From the NCBI GenBank assembly GCA_043228905.1, contig JBHGNT010000010.1, positions 11,036,001 to 11,100,000 on the forward strand: a stretch of 64,000 nucleotides of DNA, in the 5' to 3' direction. The position numbers and the translations under genes are program-made. The notes below the pieces were generated by a model. It was not told where the DNA came from. It saw only the letters and a list, made by a program, of their open reading frames with translations, and made no database searches. Below, in pieces: positions 1-13,344 of this stretch. How positions within the stretch are numbered: the stretch's first letter is position 1; each line of letters begins with the position of its first letter. This DNA is from Azolla caroliniana (lineage: Eukaryota > Plantae > Polypodiophyta).

Positions 1-774
1 CGTGGGGATGTAAACATCTGGGAACACATAATTGAGTTGCAATGACGTTGAGGACATCCCCGTGGAACTGTTGGCCTTGATAGTTGGACGGGGCTAGTGA
101 TAGAAAACAAGCTAGCAATCGGCGAATAGAGATCAATCACTCTTGTGGACTGAGGGCCACCTGGACTTTGCTGAGGTGGGGGACAAGAAGGCTATCGTGT
201 CGGAGGGGGATTGAGGAAAGATGATATGGCGGCGAAGATCAATCGCTCTTGTGAACTGAGGGCCACCTATTCTTGGTTGAGGTGAGGGACAGGAGGGCTA
301 TCGTGTCGGAGGGGGATCGAGGAAAGATGATATGGCGGCGAAGATCAATCGCTCCTGTGGACTGAGGGCCACCTGGACTTGGCTAAGGTGGGGGACAGGA
401 GGGCTATCGTGTCAGAGGGGGATCAGGGATCGTGTAGGAAGGGGATCGGAGAAACTTGTGGGACAAGAAGTTGAGGGGGAAGAGGTGGATGCTTGGATGT
501 GGGGGACTGGTACCCCACATCTCCACCAATATGTGAAATGCACATAAGAGATCAAAACCAGTCTACTTAGCTTCTTACTTCTTAATCGATTTATAGTTGA
601 TACAACGGAACCCATTTGGGTTGGCTTTGCTAAAAAGGGTGTGCTAAAAGGGTGGGTCATTTTGGGCACACGCATCCTAAAAAGGGTGTGCTAAAAGGGT
701 GGGTCAACTTGGGTACGTGCATCCTAAAAAGGGTGAGCTAAAAGGGTGGCACAAAGGAACACATGCACACCACA
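1..774 (-). mobile_element. TRIM-like miniature LTR element, copy 1 (5' LTR 532-774, tRNA-Ala PBS 511-528, internal 106-bp repeats; continues beyond window start)
   Basis: 532-774 is the reverse complement of the LTR at 1562-1757. 1-576 is the reverse complement of about 776-1345. The PBS reads TGGTGGAGATGTGGGGTA on the minus strand. Confidence 0.75.
131..430. repeat. Three tandem copies of a 106-bp unit (mirrored at about 925-1215)
   Basis: GATCAATC..GTGGACTGAGGGCCACC recurs at 131, 237 and 343. Confidence 0.85.
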
Positions 775-1757
775 TAAGAAGCTAACTAGACTGGTTTTGA
801 CTCTGATGTGCATTTCACATATTGGTGGAGATGCGGGGTACCAGTCCCCCACGTCCAAGCATCCACCTCTTCCCCCTCACCTTAGTTTGCCCACTAACTT
901 CTTGTCCCACGAGTTTCTCTGATCCCCCTCCTACACGATAGCCCTCCTGTCCCCCACGTCAACCAAGTCCAGGTGGCCCTCAGTCCACAAGAGCGATTGA
1001 TCTTCGCCGCCATATGATCTTTCCTCGATCCCCCTCCGACACGATAGCCCTCCTGTTCCCCACCTCAGCCAAGTCCAGGTGGCCCTCAGTCCACAAGAGC
1101 GATTGATCTTCGCCACCATATGATCTTTCCACGATCCCCCTCCGACACGATATCCCTCCTGTCCCCCACCTCAGCTAAGTCCAAGTGGCCCTCAGTCCAC
1201 AAGAGTGATTGATCTCTATTCGCCGATTGATAGCTCGTTTTCCGTCACTAACCCCATCCAACTATCAAGGCCAACAAATCCACGGGGGATGTCCTCAACG
1301 TCGTTGCAACTCAACTACGTGTCCGTAGATGTTTACATCCCCACACCATCTTCACCGAATGCCTCAACAAGACCCTCAAGCAAGAGGTTGCCGCACACCA
1401 ATAAGCCCTTTTAGAGCACTCTATGGGTGTGATCCTCACCTCCCACCAGAATCGTCCATTGACGTCCATTCTGAACCTGCCAACATGCCACCCTAGGCCT
1501 ATCTTCTGACCCCCATCCTTTCCCCGTGTTGTAAACCTCCTTGTTTCTCTCAGGGGGGAAATGTGGTGTGCATGTATGCCTTTGTGCCACTCTTTTAGCA
1601 CACCCTTTTTAGGATGCAAGTACCTAAGCTGACCCACCCTTTTAGCATACCCTTTTAAGCTAAGCCAACCCAAATGGGTACCTTTGTATAAACTATAAAT
1701 TGAGTAAGAAGTAAGAAGCTAACTAGACTGGTTTTGATCTCTTATGTGCATTTCACA
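775..1757 (+). mobile_element. TRIM-like miniature LTR element, copy 2 (5' LTR remnant 775-819, PBS 823-840, PPT 1552-1561, 3' LTR 1562-1757)
   Basis: LTR has TG...CA ends. PBS TGGTGGAGATGCGGGGTA is complementary to the 3' end of plant tRNA-Ala. PPT AGGGGGGAAA. No coding domains in the internal region. Confidence 0.8.
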
Positions 1758-3599
1758 ATATGAATGCAATATCTTATCTTGCAATTGGTTGAACTAATGT
1801 GAAACGAATATAAATAGACATTGAAAGAGTATTTATTTGTTTAAATCCTCTTTCTTTTCAAAGGTAATCTAATGATGACCCTTAATATACTGAACAAATT
1901 AAGTTGTCCTCGCTTCTTGAGGTTTCATCCATGGCTCCATTAGCACTTACGTGTACTATAATTCCTTAGCTTCATGAAAAAGATAGTTCTAGAATTTGGA
2001 CTTTTCTAATCGATAGCCATTACATCAATGATTTTGAAATCATTGTTCGATGGCACGTTCACCATATAAAGCACGCTATCTTTTGGGTAGTTTACCATCA
2101 TATTAGTATATAAAATGTGGATACAATTTTTGTTTCATGTAGCTACCACTCAACATACAAAATCTAGTCATGAACAACCCACACTTGATGTGAACAAACC
2201 TCATTAAATTGGTTCAATAATCTTGGAGCATGCAAAAATCACCTAAAAATGTAAACTCCACATCTCAAGAAAATCTAATTGAGGCTCAAATCACTCTCTT
2301 CAAGGAAACATCATATGAAATGGGGATTTAACCAACAATATTGTAATCTCTCTCTCTCTCTCTCTCTCATGAAAACGCACAATTATATTAATAAATGTGT
2401 GAAAAACAATACAATGGTACCACTAACCCATAACTAAGCGGTGTCATTGATACATGGGCAATGTGACATGTTAAATAGCCAATAGGCAAGACGAACACTC
2501 CATTGAGCAAAGAAATTTTACTTATGCAATAAACAAAAATGTCACATCAACATTCATTTCAATTTTTGTAGATGTGTTGTAGCTCAATGCTAACCATTAA
2601 ATACAAAGTGTTGGACATATTCCAATTATTACGCAATCCTCAATATCTCGGGAAATGGAAAGCCATATCTCTCTCTCTCTCTCTCTACAACTTTTAACAC
2701 TTCTACCAAGCTTCCGAGATTGGCACTAATATGTACCTCTTACACATAAAAATTCCTTTGACAAAATATGAAGCTTATCCATTTACATTTTATTATGTCA
2801 TTTTGTAGTTCATAAAATTGTGATTTATAGGTGATTTCTTTACAGTTTATTTGGTAAGACATGTTAACAATTTTGATTGATCAAATCTATGATAGCCATT
2901 TCTCCGACCAACCTTGTGAGTAGAGGCTCTATGTGGATTTGTTGAGTAAAACCTAGTAATAGACTATTGTATATAGATGGGAGATTGTCCCCAAATAGGA
3001 GTAATATCTTATTTCAATAAAACTATATGGTTTGCCCATCACTTCTATGAATTGCGTGGAACATATTTTAGTGACTACACTAAATTGTCATATGAGCACA
3101 TAAACGTCATTTTTGTTTATTTATATGACAAATTCAAAGATAAGCAATCAATTGGACAATATGAATACAAGATTCTTATGAATGTTTTGGACAATTGGGA
3201 ACTAGAGTAGAAGAGGATACACTTCAATTTAAGTAATGGCCACAACTTGACTTCAAGATTAAGGAATTTGTGGAAAGAAGTAATAGCATTATAGTGCTAA
3301 GGATTAGATTCTACAAGCAAACACAACAAAATCTTGTGTCAACAATTTACTTAGAAGTCATAATAAGATAAAAAATATTGACAAGTGATATTATGCATGA
3401 AGGGGACTAAATGTACAAAAGGACTATGTAAACCATCTCAAAATAGATGAAGAGTCTATAATCAATTGGTTAGCTTTTTTGACCAAGTGATCAATCCATG
3501 AACACTAGAGATGGTGCAAGGAGTTTAATTAATATAATGATATGTCTACAATTACTTGCTCAATATACTTAATCATGAGGCTCAATCAATACTCAATGA

Positions 3600-4590
3600 A
3601 TGAACATTGAGAGGAAGGCTAAACCATATCACAATCAATACACTCCCAATATTATATTAATGAAGATAAGACAATTGCTAGGGTTGGCTCGAGTAAAATG
3701 GATAGAGATATGATTAAGCTTATAGCTCGGTTAAATCATAGAACAATAATACACACCCACCATTACATTAATGATGATAGACGATTATAAAGGTTGGACA
3801 TTAAAATGGATAGATAAGCTTACATTTACATTTTCGTTAAATCATATAATAATGAGTACAATCCCATTATTATATCCATGAAGATAGACCATTTTTTTTC
3901 CTTGAAAGATTTTCTTCAATAGTATTAAAAACATCGAAAAAGTACAAGTAAAAGCTATCTGCCTGTAGGCTTACAACGTAGAATAAAAGACAATGTATGT
4001 ACACCTAAACCGGTAAATACAAAAACAACTTATACAAGGATGTTGAACCTTAATACGGTACATTAACGTGAAGATAGACCATTTTAAAAAGGTTGGAGAG
4101 TGAAATGAATAGAAAAACTTATGCTTGCAATTCTCTCAACTCTGCCAAGGGATAATAGAATGATTATACTTCCCTTGAGCTCTCCCAAGAGATAATAGAA
4201 TGATTATGCTTGCCTTGACCTCGCCTAAGAGATAATAAAATGATTATGGATGCCTTGACTAACAATCAACCATTTCTAGACAATGATAAAGGTTGGGCGG
4301 TAAAGTGGATAGATAAGCTTAAGCTTACAAATCGGTTAAATCATATAACAATAAGTACATTCCCATTATTATATCAAAGAAGATAAACCATTATAAAAAG
4401 GTTGGAGAGTAAAATGAATAGAAAAACTTATGCTTGCAATTCTCTCATATCTCACCAAGGGATAATAGAATGATTATGCTTGCCTTTAGCGCTCCTGAGA
4501 GATAAGAGAATGATTATGCATGCCTTGAGATTTCCTAAGAGATAGTAGAATGGTTATGGTAGCCTTGACTAACAATCAACAATTTATAGG
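3600..4590. repeat. Degenerate tandem repeat, about 310-bp period, with internal ~40-bp subrepeats
   Basis: 4070-4275 matches 4380-4585. GATAATAGAATGATTATG subunits recur. Confidence 0.7.
3896..4068 (-). mobile_element. Short retroposed (TPRT-type) insertion with 17-bp TSD
   Basis: TGAAGATAGACCATTTT at 3879-3895 and 4069-4085. T-run at the left edge (minus-strand A tail). The sister repeat unit at about 4380 shows the empty site. Confidence 0.65.
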
Positions 4591-4699
4591 TGGTTGTATG
4601 CTATGACTTAAAGGTGACTAGGATGAATGCATGCTACGGTGTACCAAAAAAGTATTGTTTTTGGCCAAATCAAAATGACAAACTTTTTATACTAGTCTT

Positions 4700-5150
4700 A
4701 CTATACCTTTGTACCACCTTTTCAACAAGCGCAAGCGTTGATGTTGTGGTATACCTTTGTGTCTTTATGTCACCTTTTTAGCATGCATTAGTTGGTAGCC
4801 AAACCAACCCAAATGGGTATCTCTGTATCAACTATAAATTAAGCAGGAAATAAGGAGCAAGACAAACTAGTTTGGATCCTCTCTACCTACATTTCACATA
4901 CTAGTGGAGAAGTGGGGTACAATCTTAGCTGCTAGCCCCCTACCTCATTCATGGCCTCCCAACTTCCTCTCATATCCTCAGAAGGTGATACCCTTATGGA
5001 AATTGAGTTCCTGCAACATCACGAATGACTAACACACTTCCAAATGGAGCAGCTCGTGCAAGTCCTCTCCAACGCCATGATTCAAGTCAGCCACGCGAAT
5101 CAAGCTATGTTATCCTTCCTCTCCGCCAACTCTGAATGTATTTTTGGTCT
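4700..5150 (+). mobile_element. Old degenerate relative of the tRNA-Ala-primed element (LTR end, PBS, leader)
   Basis: CCAACCCAAATGGGTA..ACTATAAATT..CATTTCACA followed by TAGTGGAGAAGTGGGGTAC, resembling 1665-1757 plus 823-840. Confidence 0.55.
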
Positions 5151-5283
5151 CATAGGTCATATTTGACCTCCGAAGACGATAATATAATCTATCTATCTAT
5201 CTATCCGAACGATCTCATGATTGGCTCGATTCCACGGTCCGCCCAAAATCCTTCTTCGACCTGCCCTTTAAGGACGTAACAGA

Positions 5284-6290
5284 TGTTGGACTAAAAGTCC
5301 TACTCCACCCAAATGTTTTCCTAGTGTGAACATTTTGAAAGTTAGGGCTTAGTTAACCTAACTATATAAGAGAGGAGTGTATCTTGTAAAAAGAGTTTGG
5401 GGGAATAATATAGCAACAGTCTTCTTGAGCCATAACCGTGTAACAGTCTCTCTCTTTCTCTCTGTGCATACCTTCTTGAACAGGTACACTACTTCACATC
5501 TCTTCCCTATGCTTGCTTGCTAACTCTACAGTAAGATCCACACACGCCTCCTCACTAGTTGGCCCATCATCACATCATTGCTAACTCAGACACACACAAT
5601 GTCAACAAAGTGGTATCAGAGATGTTTGAAGTTTTGCAACAACAACACAAGAAGAAGGAGAAATTGGCTGAAGGAATGGACTAGGTCAGACAATCACTTC
5701 CACAAGAATCATGGTATCAACATCCAACATTGGTGTTGAAATCCGAAAAATTGACAGCAAGAACTTTGCCCTATTGAAGGAGATGATGCAAGACGTGTTG
5801 ATCATCTTATGTCAAATAGAGATGATTCCCCATAACAATAAGCCGATAGAGATGTCAGCAGTTGAATGATGATCACTCGAAGAAATTGCAAGATCGACCA
5901 TCAGAATGCATTTGGCTGAAAACGTCTACTTAAGCATGGCTAAAGAGATGACTACAATATGAAGATGAAAGAAATGAAAGAAATTGAGCTGATGACCTCC
6001 CATGTCAGCACCTTTAGCCGAGTGCTGACCAAACTCTCCTACAAGGATTGAACTTTGAAGAAGAAATCAAAGCCCTTACACTTCTCTCGAGCCTGCCGAT
6101 AAGATGGGAAGTATTTTGCATGACAATCACAAACAACTCAACCAAGTTGATGCTTGATGAAGCGATCGGGCAGATACTCTCTTAAGATCTTCGAAGAACA
6201 TCGATGGGACTCACCATCGATGACAATGCCGAAACTCATTTTTTGGTGGATACGACTCAAAGAACAGGCCAAAGCCAAAGTTGCCTGAGG
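5284..6290 (+). mobile_element. Degenerate Ty1/copia 5' part (LTR 5284-5607, Met-i PBS 5611-5621, decayed gag)
   Basis: TGTTGG...CAACA ends, TATA box, TGGTATCAGAG, and gag-like KNFAL-KEMMQDVL and LLSSLP remnants with many stops. Confidence 0.7.
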
Positions 6291-7705
6291 AGGTGTTTTC
6301 TCTGTTGACTAACACAATGGGTCGAACAACTTAATCACCAAGTCATGCTATCAAAAGATTGTGGTAGGAGATGAATGTTTGTCGACTATGAGAATTGCTT
6401 ACTCATACATTACACAGATATTAATTACTCAGACTTCCTTAATATAAGTATAAAATACAAACTTGATCGATTGACAATGATAGATATAATCTACATAGCA
6501 GAGAAACAGAACATACAACACAATATATACTCTAACTACCAAAATTATATTACTAATCAAAACAAACCGATAATGATACAATGCTCTCAACCCCTTTTTA
6601 TAGGCGACCTAAGAGACTTTTCCAAGATAGTACACTTGCACGTTCGGTGTTGAGAATCAAGCTCAACATAACACAACGTGTGAACACACCTTTTGATAAT
6701 CCATAATTACTCAAAGGTCTAGAGTCACACCACTACTCTCTACACATTAACTATGTGTCATAGAATCATATTCTATGACACATAACTAATGAGTTACATA
6801 TTCCCCATGACTATGAGTCTTCACATTCCCCAAGAGAGAGTAGTTATTGTAGTTAGTTAATGAAGAGAGAGGGTGACTATATATAAAGCACCCTTCTCTT
6901 ATTTCATACTAAGTCGGTTGTGACTCCTTGTTATGCTACATTTTGTAAATCTTATTCTACTTGTGAAATTACACCTTCTTCTTGAGTATTCTATTTTCCT
7001 CTTATTTATCTATCTTGAGTTCTCTTTTCTCTCCTCTCTTTTTCTCTCACACATATACGCACATAACGCACATCTATTCCGCTGCACAAGAATCATCATC
7101 GATTCTTTACATAGTATCAAAGCGATTTGGTAGCTTGATCTAGCCCACTCGCCTCATCGTGATCGTGTGTTGTGCTCTACGCCGACGTTCAAGAAGAAAC
7201 GGCTCATTGTTATCGTAGTACCACTACATAGCTCATGTTCGAGAGAGAAGGAAAAGAAGAAAGGAAGCTTAATCGACAATGAATACTCAAATGGGGAGCG
7301 CTCTCCCTAGCGCGAAGTTGGACCGAAACAACTTCGCATCTTGGGAGTACAAGGCTATTGGGGTTACATCAAGGGAGCTCAAGAAAACCGACCCGAGCCG
7401 AAAGACGCCGACTACGAAACATGGGAGCAAGCGGTAAGCCGAGTGATGTATTGCTTGGCGACATGTGTTCACGGCCACATGCTCGGCTACATTCGAGAAG
7501 CCAAGATGCCAAAGGAAGCATGGGAGAATCTACGAAAGATTTTTGCCACCAACACAACCGCGAGAAAGCTTCAACTCCGCCAAGAGTTGAACAACATCCA
7601 ACAAAGGGATATGTCCATCACGAGCTACACCTTGAAGATCAAGGAGCTTTGCGACTCACTCGGCTCGATAAGGGTCAATGTGGGCGATAATGAGATGGTG
7701 CAAAT

Positions 7706-10700
7706 TGTTGAGTGACAAGCTCAATAATGAGTGCATAACCCAGTGCGTAGACTGGGTGCGTAAAATAGTACGCACTACATGGCCATAACGGTGCAAACAC
7801 CGCGAGGTCGTTAGAGAGATATTCCTTGAAAGGAATAATTTTGGGAGTGACTGTAGCGGCTCATTTATGAGCTCAAGTACTGTCAGTACTTGTGTCAGCC
7901 CGATAGTCAGGGCTTGTATAAAAGGTGCTCACAAAGCACGAAGTATGTACAGAGTGTCATTATTTTTGAAATAGAACTAAGTTGTCTGCTCTCTCTGTCT
8001 CTCCCTCTCCCTCTCCATCTCTGTGTTTTCTGAGTTCTCCGAACTGTGTACTCTGCGTTTCGCATACGCTTCCACACACGTATTCTTCTACATGGTATCA
8101 GAGCGCGAGGGTTGAAGTCCTCTGCAGCCAACAAGAAAAGCTTGCGACAAAACAGAGTTGAAGTTGTTCATCATTCTTTCTTGAAAAAGAAAAAGACAGT
8201 ACTATGGATAGAGGAATGGGAAGCTCACTTCTGACTGAAAAGCTTGACAGAAGCAACTACGCATCCTGGTCTTACAAGATGCACCAGTACCTGCTCGGCC
8301 ATGGCTACTGCTGGAGTTATGTCGAAGGAGCAAACAATGTGGCACTCAACTCGACACACAAGGACTATCCGGCTTGGGAACAAGCGGCAAGTAGAGTGTC
8401 GTACTGCTTCGCATCTTGTGTGAGCGATAAGCTTTTGAGCTATATTCGGGATGCCAAGATGCCGAAGGATGCGTGAGCGAATCTCAAAAGGATTTTCGCC
8501 GCCAACACAAGGGCCAGAAAGTTGCAGCTCAGACAGGAGCTCTACAATGTACGACAACGAGATATGTCGGTGGCTAACTACACCACCAAGATCAAAGAAA
8601 TCTACGACTCACTCGCCTCTGTCAATGTGAAGGTTGAGGAGGACGAGAAGGTGCAGGTTTGTCTTGGGGGGTTAGCGTCTAAGTTCAGATCTTTCCGAAT
8701 GGCGGTCTGCACAAGGGAGAATACGCCTTTGTTTTCGAGCTTCAGTCAATGCTGCGCGTGGAAGAAAACCACGCGGGTGCATCGACGAGTGCGCACGCCG
8801 ATGGCAAGATGCTCAACATGGAGGATGATAGGCCCCGTGGTCGTGGTGAACGAGGCGGATCGGCGCGCAATGGAGGCGCCCGAAAAGAGAAGAATGGACG
8901 GCATAATCGAGATGTCAGTAGCAATTCCGAACCCTCTGGAAGCAGGGGGAGTCATGGCGGTGCCGGAAGACGACAAAAGAAGGCCGTGTCGGAATGCTGG
9001 TATTGTGGCAAGAAAGGCCACAAGGAGAGTGAGTGCTGGAAGAAACAAGCTGATTCAAACAAAGCTGGATCGAGTGGAAAAGGCGCAGGAAGGCGTCAGA
9101 AGTCGCACTACGCGGAAGGCTTGGAACGAGCCGGAAATGGAGCGGGCCCTGCCTTCATAATGAAGCATAAGGCCAACACAATGGCCGTGAACACCTCGAA
9201 ATCAAGTGAGGTGTGGTATGTCGATTCCGGAGCGTCAAATCATATGACGAGTCACGAGGAATGGTTCTCGTACTTGGAGAAGCCGGAATCACGAGGGGTT
9301 GTCGAAACGGGAGATGACACCCCGCATACCATCGAACATGTCGGCGAAGTTCCCCTCAGCCACGTCGGGTAGAAAGGGAAGCTAATGAACGTGTTGCACG
9401 TCCCAACAATAACGAAGAACTTGGTGTCTGTCGGTTAGATCGTCGACCATGGTATGCAAGTTCGATTCGCGGACCTCGGCTGCTTCATAGAAGAGGAAGG
9501 CAAAGTGATCGCGCAAGGGTGCCATGAAGGGAGGATGTTTATCCTCGACACTAATCAAGCCGCAACCGCGTTGTACGCGAAAGGAAAAGGTCGAATCGAA
9601 TATCGACCTGTGGCACACGCGGTTCAGCCATGTAAATTTCCCACGGCTTCGTGAGATGCAGATGAAGAACATTGTTTTCGGCTTGCCGAAGTTTCGGGGC
9701 CGGAATGCCCAAGTCTACGAAGCCTGTCAAATGGGAAAACAATACCAACTTCCATTCCCCAATGAGCGTAATTGTAGTCGAAGTCCGCTGGATTTGATCC
9801 ATTCGGATGTGTGGGGTCCGGCACAAAACGTGAGTCTTGGTGGAAACCGTTACTTTGTAACCTTCATCGACGACTTCACTCGGCACACGTGGGTATGCCT
9901 GATTGAGAAGAAGAGTGAAGTCTTCGCATGTTTCCTGAAGGTGAAGAGCCTTGCGGAAAGGGAAACAGGGTGTAAGATCAAATGCCTACGGTCCGATGGC
10001 GGGAAGGAGTACTTCTCCGACCAGTTCACAAGTTATCTACAGAAGGAGGGAATTCGACGCGAATTCTCGTGTAGATACACACCACAGCAGAACGACGTGG
10101 CTGAGCGGAAGAATTAGACGATTGAAGAAGGGGCTGAAGCCGTGAAGACGGCTGTCTACTTGCAGAATCAAACTTCTGCTAATGGAGGAGTGTCGCCACA
10201 TGAGCTGTATTTCGGGAAGAAGCCGAACTTGGCACACTTGAGGATTTTCGGCAGCATCGCATATGTGCACGTGCTGAAGGAGAAAAGGAGGAAACTAGAT
10301 GCTAAAGTTGAGAAATGTATCTTGGTTAGCTATTCAGATGAGCAGAAAGGGTATAAGTGTTATAACCCTCGAACAAAGGAAGTACGCGTAAGCCGCGATG
10401 TCGTATTTGACGAGTCCGCTTTGTGGTACATGCCTTCTCCTCCAATACCTCACGACTCCATTCCGAATTCTGAGGAAGAAGTCAGCGAGGTTGAGATGCC
10501 TCTGCATGATGAGGAAATCGGAGCTCTAAGAGAGAGTCTGATCTCAGTTCGGCTAAGTGGGCTGAATGAGGGGTTGGGCCGAGATGGCCAACCAAATGAT
10601 GAGACGGTGAGTAGTAGAGACTCGGTCGTGCATTCCCTGTGTAAAGAACCGAGGAGACGGTTTACGCGCAAGCAAAAAGGGAAGAATAAAACGCCGGAAT

Positions 10701-13344
10701 ACAATTTCGGTAGTGCCGAGTCAGTTCAAAGAGAATCTGAACTCGAGCCAGTCAAGAAGGAACCTCCACGGAAGAGGTCGAAATTGGCCGAAAAGGTCAC
10801 GAAATCGGGTAATCACGAATTACGCCGATCTACCCGCCAGAAGAACCCCGTAAAGAGATACAAGTATAATGAATACATGGCGCACCATTATGCGTATATG
10901 ACGCGAGTGGCGGAAGTGCATGAGCCGGTGAGCTATGCAGAAGCGGCGAGAGACGCAAATTGGTGTGTCACGATGGAGGAAGAGATGCGCGCATTATCGG
11001 AGAATGAAACCTGGGACCTAGTTGACGCCCCGAAGGGTGTAAAGCCGATCGGATGCAGATGGGTGTATAAGGTGAAATACAACACCGATGGCTTTGTCAA
11101 CCACTACAAGGCCCGTTTGGTAGCGAAAGGCTACGTGCAGAAGCACGACGTGGACTATGAAGAGACCTTCGCACCTGTCGCGAAGATGACTACCGTGCGA
11201 GTCCTGCTAGCCGTAGCAGCTACGAAGGGGTGGCACTTACATCAGATGGATGTAAAGAATGCGTTCCTACAAGGTGATCTTGAGGAACAGGTGTATATGG
11301 TACAACCCCCTGGATTTCTATCTGAACAAAATACTTCGGCAGTTTGCCGATTGAAGAAGTCACTCTACGGACTTAAGCAAGCCCCGCGAGCTTGGAACGC
11401 GAAGATTACGCAACAGCTGCGTAAGATGGGGTTTGCGCCGTCGAAATTAGACTCTTCTCTATTTGTTCGGCAAGGTCAATATGGACCGGTTAGTCTTCTA
11501 TTGTATGTTGATGATTTAGTCATCACCGGTGCCGATCTCGAAGAAATCCACTGCGTTAAGTCTCAGCTTGCGGCATCGTTTGAAATGAAGGATCTCAGAG
11601 ACCTTCATTACTTCCTCGGGATCAAAGTGATCCTTACCCCCGAAGGCATATTGATCAGTCAACGTCATTACGCACTGAATATGCTCTTCAAGGTCGGGAT
11701 GGCAGACTGTAAGCCCATCTCGACCCCTCTGGACAGAAACGTAAAGCTTCGCCAAGATTCGGAAAAGGTGTGCGATCCGACACGGTTCCGACAGATTGTC
11801 GGAAGCCTCATCTATTTGACTATTACTCGGAAGGCCCTCAATTACCCGGTTGGCATGATCAATCAATTCATGTCATAGCCTACGGCCGAACACCTTCAGT
11901 GCGCACAACGGATATTGCGATATGTAAGCGGCACAAAAGACATGGCGTTGCTATATCGAGCAGGCGTAGCTAAATAGTTAGTTGGCTACACAGATGCCAA
12001 TTGGGCCGGAAACGCCCACGATCGTCGATCCACATCTAGATACGCATTCTCATTAGGCAGTGTGGCGATCGCGTGGAGCAGGAAAAAGCAGCCGACAGTA
12101 GCCCTGTCGAGCACCGAGGCCGAATATCGAGGGGCGATTGTCACTACGTGCGAAGTTATTTGGCTGAAACGGCTATTACGGGATCTGCAGGTAGAGGGGT
12201 CTGATCCGATGACGATCTATTTTGACAACTTCAGCAGTATCCACCCTGCGAAGAACCCTGTTTTCCATGCCCGGACCAAGCACATTGAGGTGCATTACCA
12301 TTTTGTCCGCGAGCGGGTCCTTTCAGGTGAAGTTGAACTAGCTCATGTTTCGCCTAATCGGCAAATTGCTGACATCATCACAAAACCTCTTGGTCTCGAC
12401 AAGTTACGACATTTCTCGGGTGCGCTTGGGTTGTGTCAGCTCGACACGCCGAACTTGAGGGGGAGAAAGGAAGAACAGGAACAAGAGCATGAAAGGAGTG
12501 GAGGTGTTCATCACGGCAAAGGTGACCGTGATGGAGAATTCGATTTCGAACCGGCTGAAGAAGTCGAAGAAGAAAGCAAGGGCCGCAATCGTAGGGAAGA
12601 GCCGAGGACAGCCAAATCAAGGGGAGATACAACCAAGAAGGGCGTAAAGGCCAAGACCAAGACGTGGTCCGATGTAGTCAAAGGCCTAAAGACAGGAGAC
12701 GAATTGGAGACGAATTGGAGATGAGAGCGGAATTGAATCGGAAGCATTCGATTCAATCGGAATGTTCGATTCGGATACGTCGAATCAACTGAAGGCCATG
12801 CGGAGAAAAGGGCAGCGAAGGACGCGCCGACACCACGACAACAAGGGAGCTCAGAAGGGTCGGATGAGCAAACAAGACGATCAAACGGGTTGAGGAGCGT
12901 GAGCGAGGCGTGAAGCCAGAAGCGATCAGAGCGTAGATTCGGGAGAGCGGATGAAACCTCAAGTTGAGCTTGAGGGGGAGTATTGAGTGACAAGCTCAAT
13001 AATGAGTGCGTAATACGGTGCGTAACCCAATGGCCATAACGGTGCGAACACCGCAAGGCCGTTAGAGAGATATTCCTCGAAAGGAATAATTTTGGGAGTG
13101 AGTGTAGTGGCTCATTTATGAGCGTCAAGTACTATCAGTACTTGTGTCAGCCCGATAGTCGGGGCTTGTATAAAAGTTGCTCACAAAGCACGAAGTATGT
13201 ACAGAGTGTCATTATTTTTGAAATAGAACTGAGTTGTGTTATCTCTCTGTCTCTCCCTCTCCATCTCCATATCTGTGTTTTCTGAGTTCTCCGAACTGTG
13301 TACTCTGTGTTTTGCATATGCGTCCGCACACATATTCGTCTACA
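7706..13344 (+). mobile_element. Full-length Ty1/copia element B1 (LTRs 7706-8092 and 12981-13344, TSD CAAAT)
   Basis: Paired LTRs, PBS TGGTATCAGAGC at 8093, PPT TGAGGGGGAG at 12971-12980, TSD CAAAT at 7701-7705 and 13345-13349. Confidence 0.95.
8204..12724 (+). pseudogene. Disrupted copia gag-pol of B1 (gag, CCHC knuckle, protease, integrase, RT, RNase H, C-terminal extension)
   Basis: [73 protein letters not shown]. Several stops and frameshifts. Confidence 0.95.

Noticed and set aside
2977-3210. 77-aa ORF in AT-rich DNA
   Set aside because: No recognisable motif or splice context; possibly decayed TE sequence.
12511-13128. 205-aa antisense ORF over the B1 3' region (and 43936-44577 in B2)
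   Set aside because: Explained as the shadow of the purine-rich sense extension; starts and ends are not conserved between the two copies.
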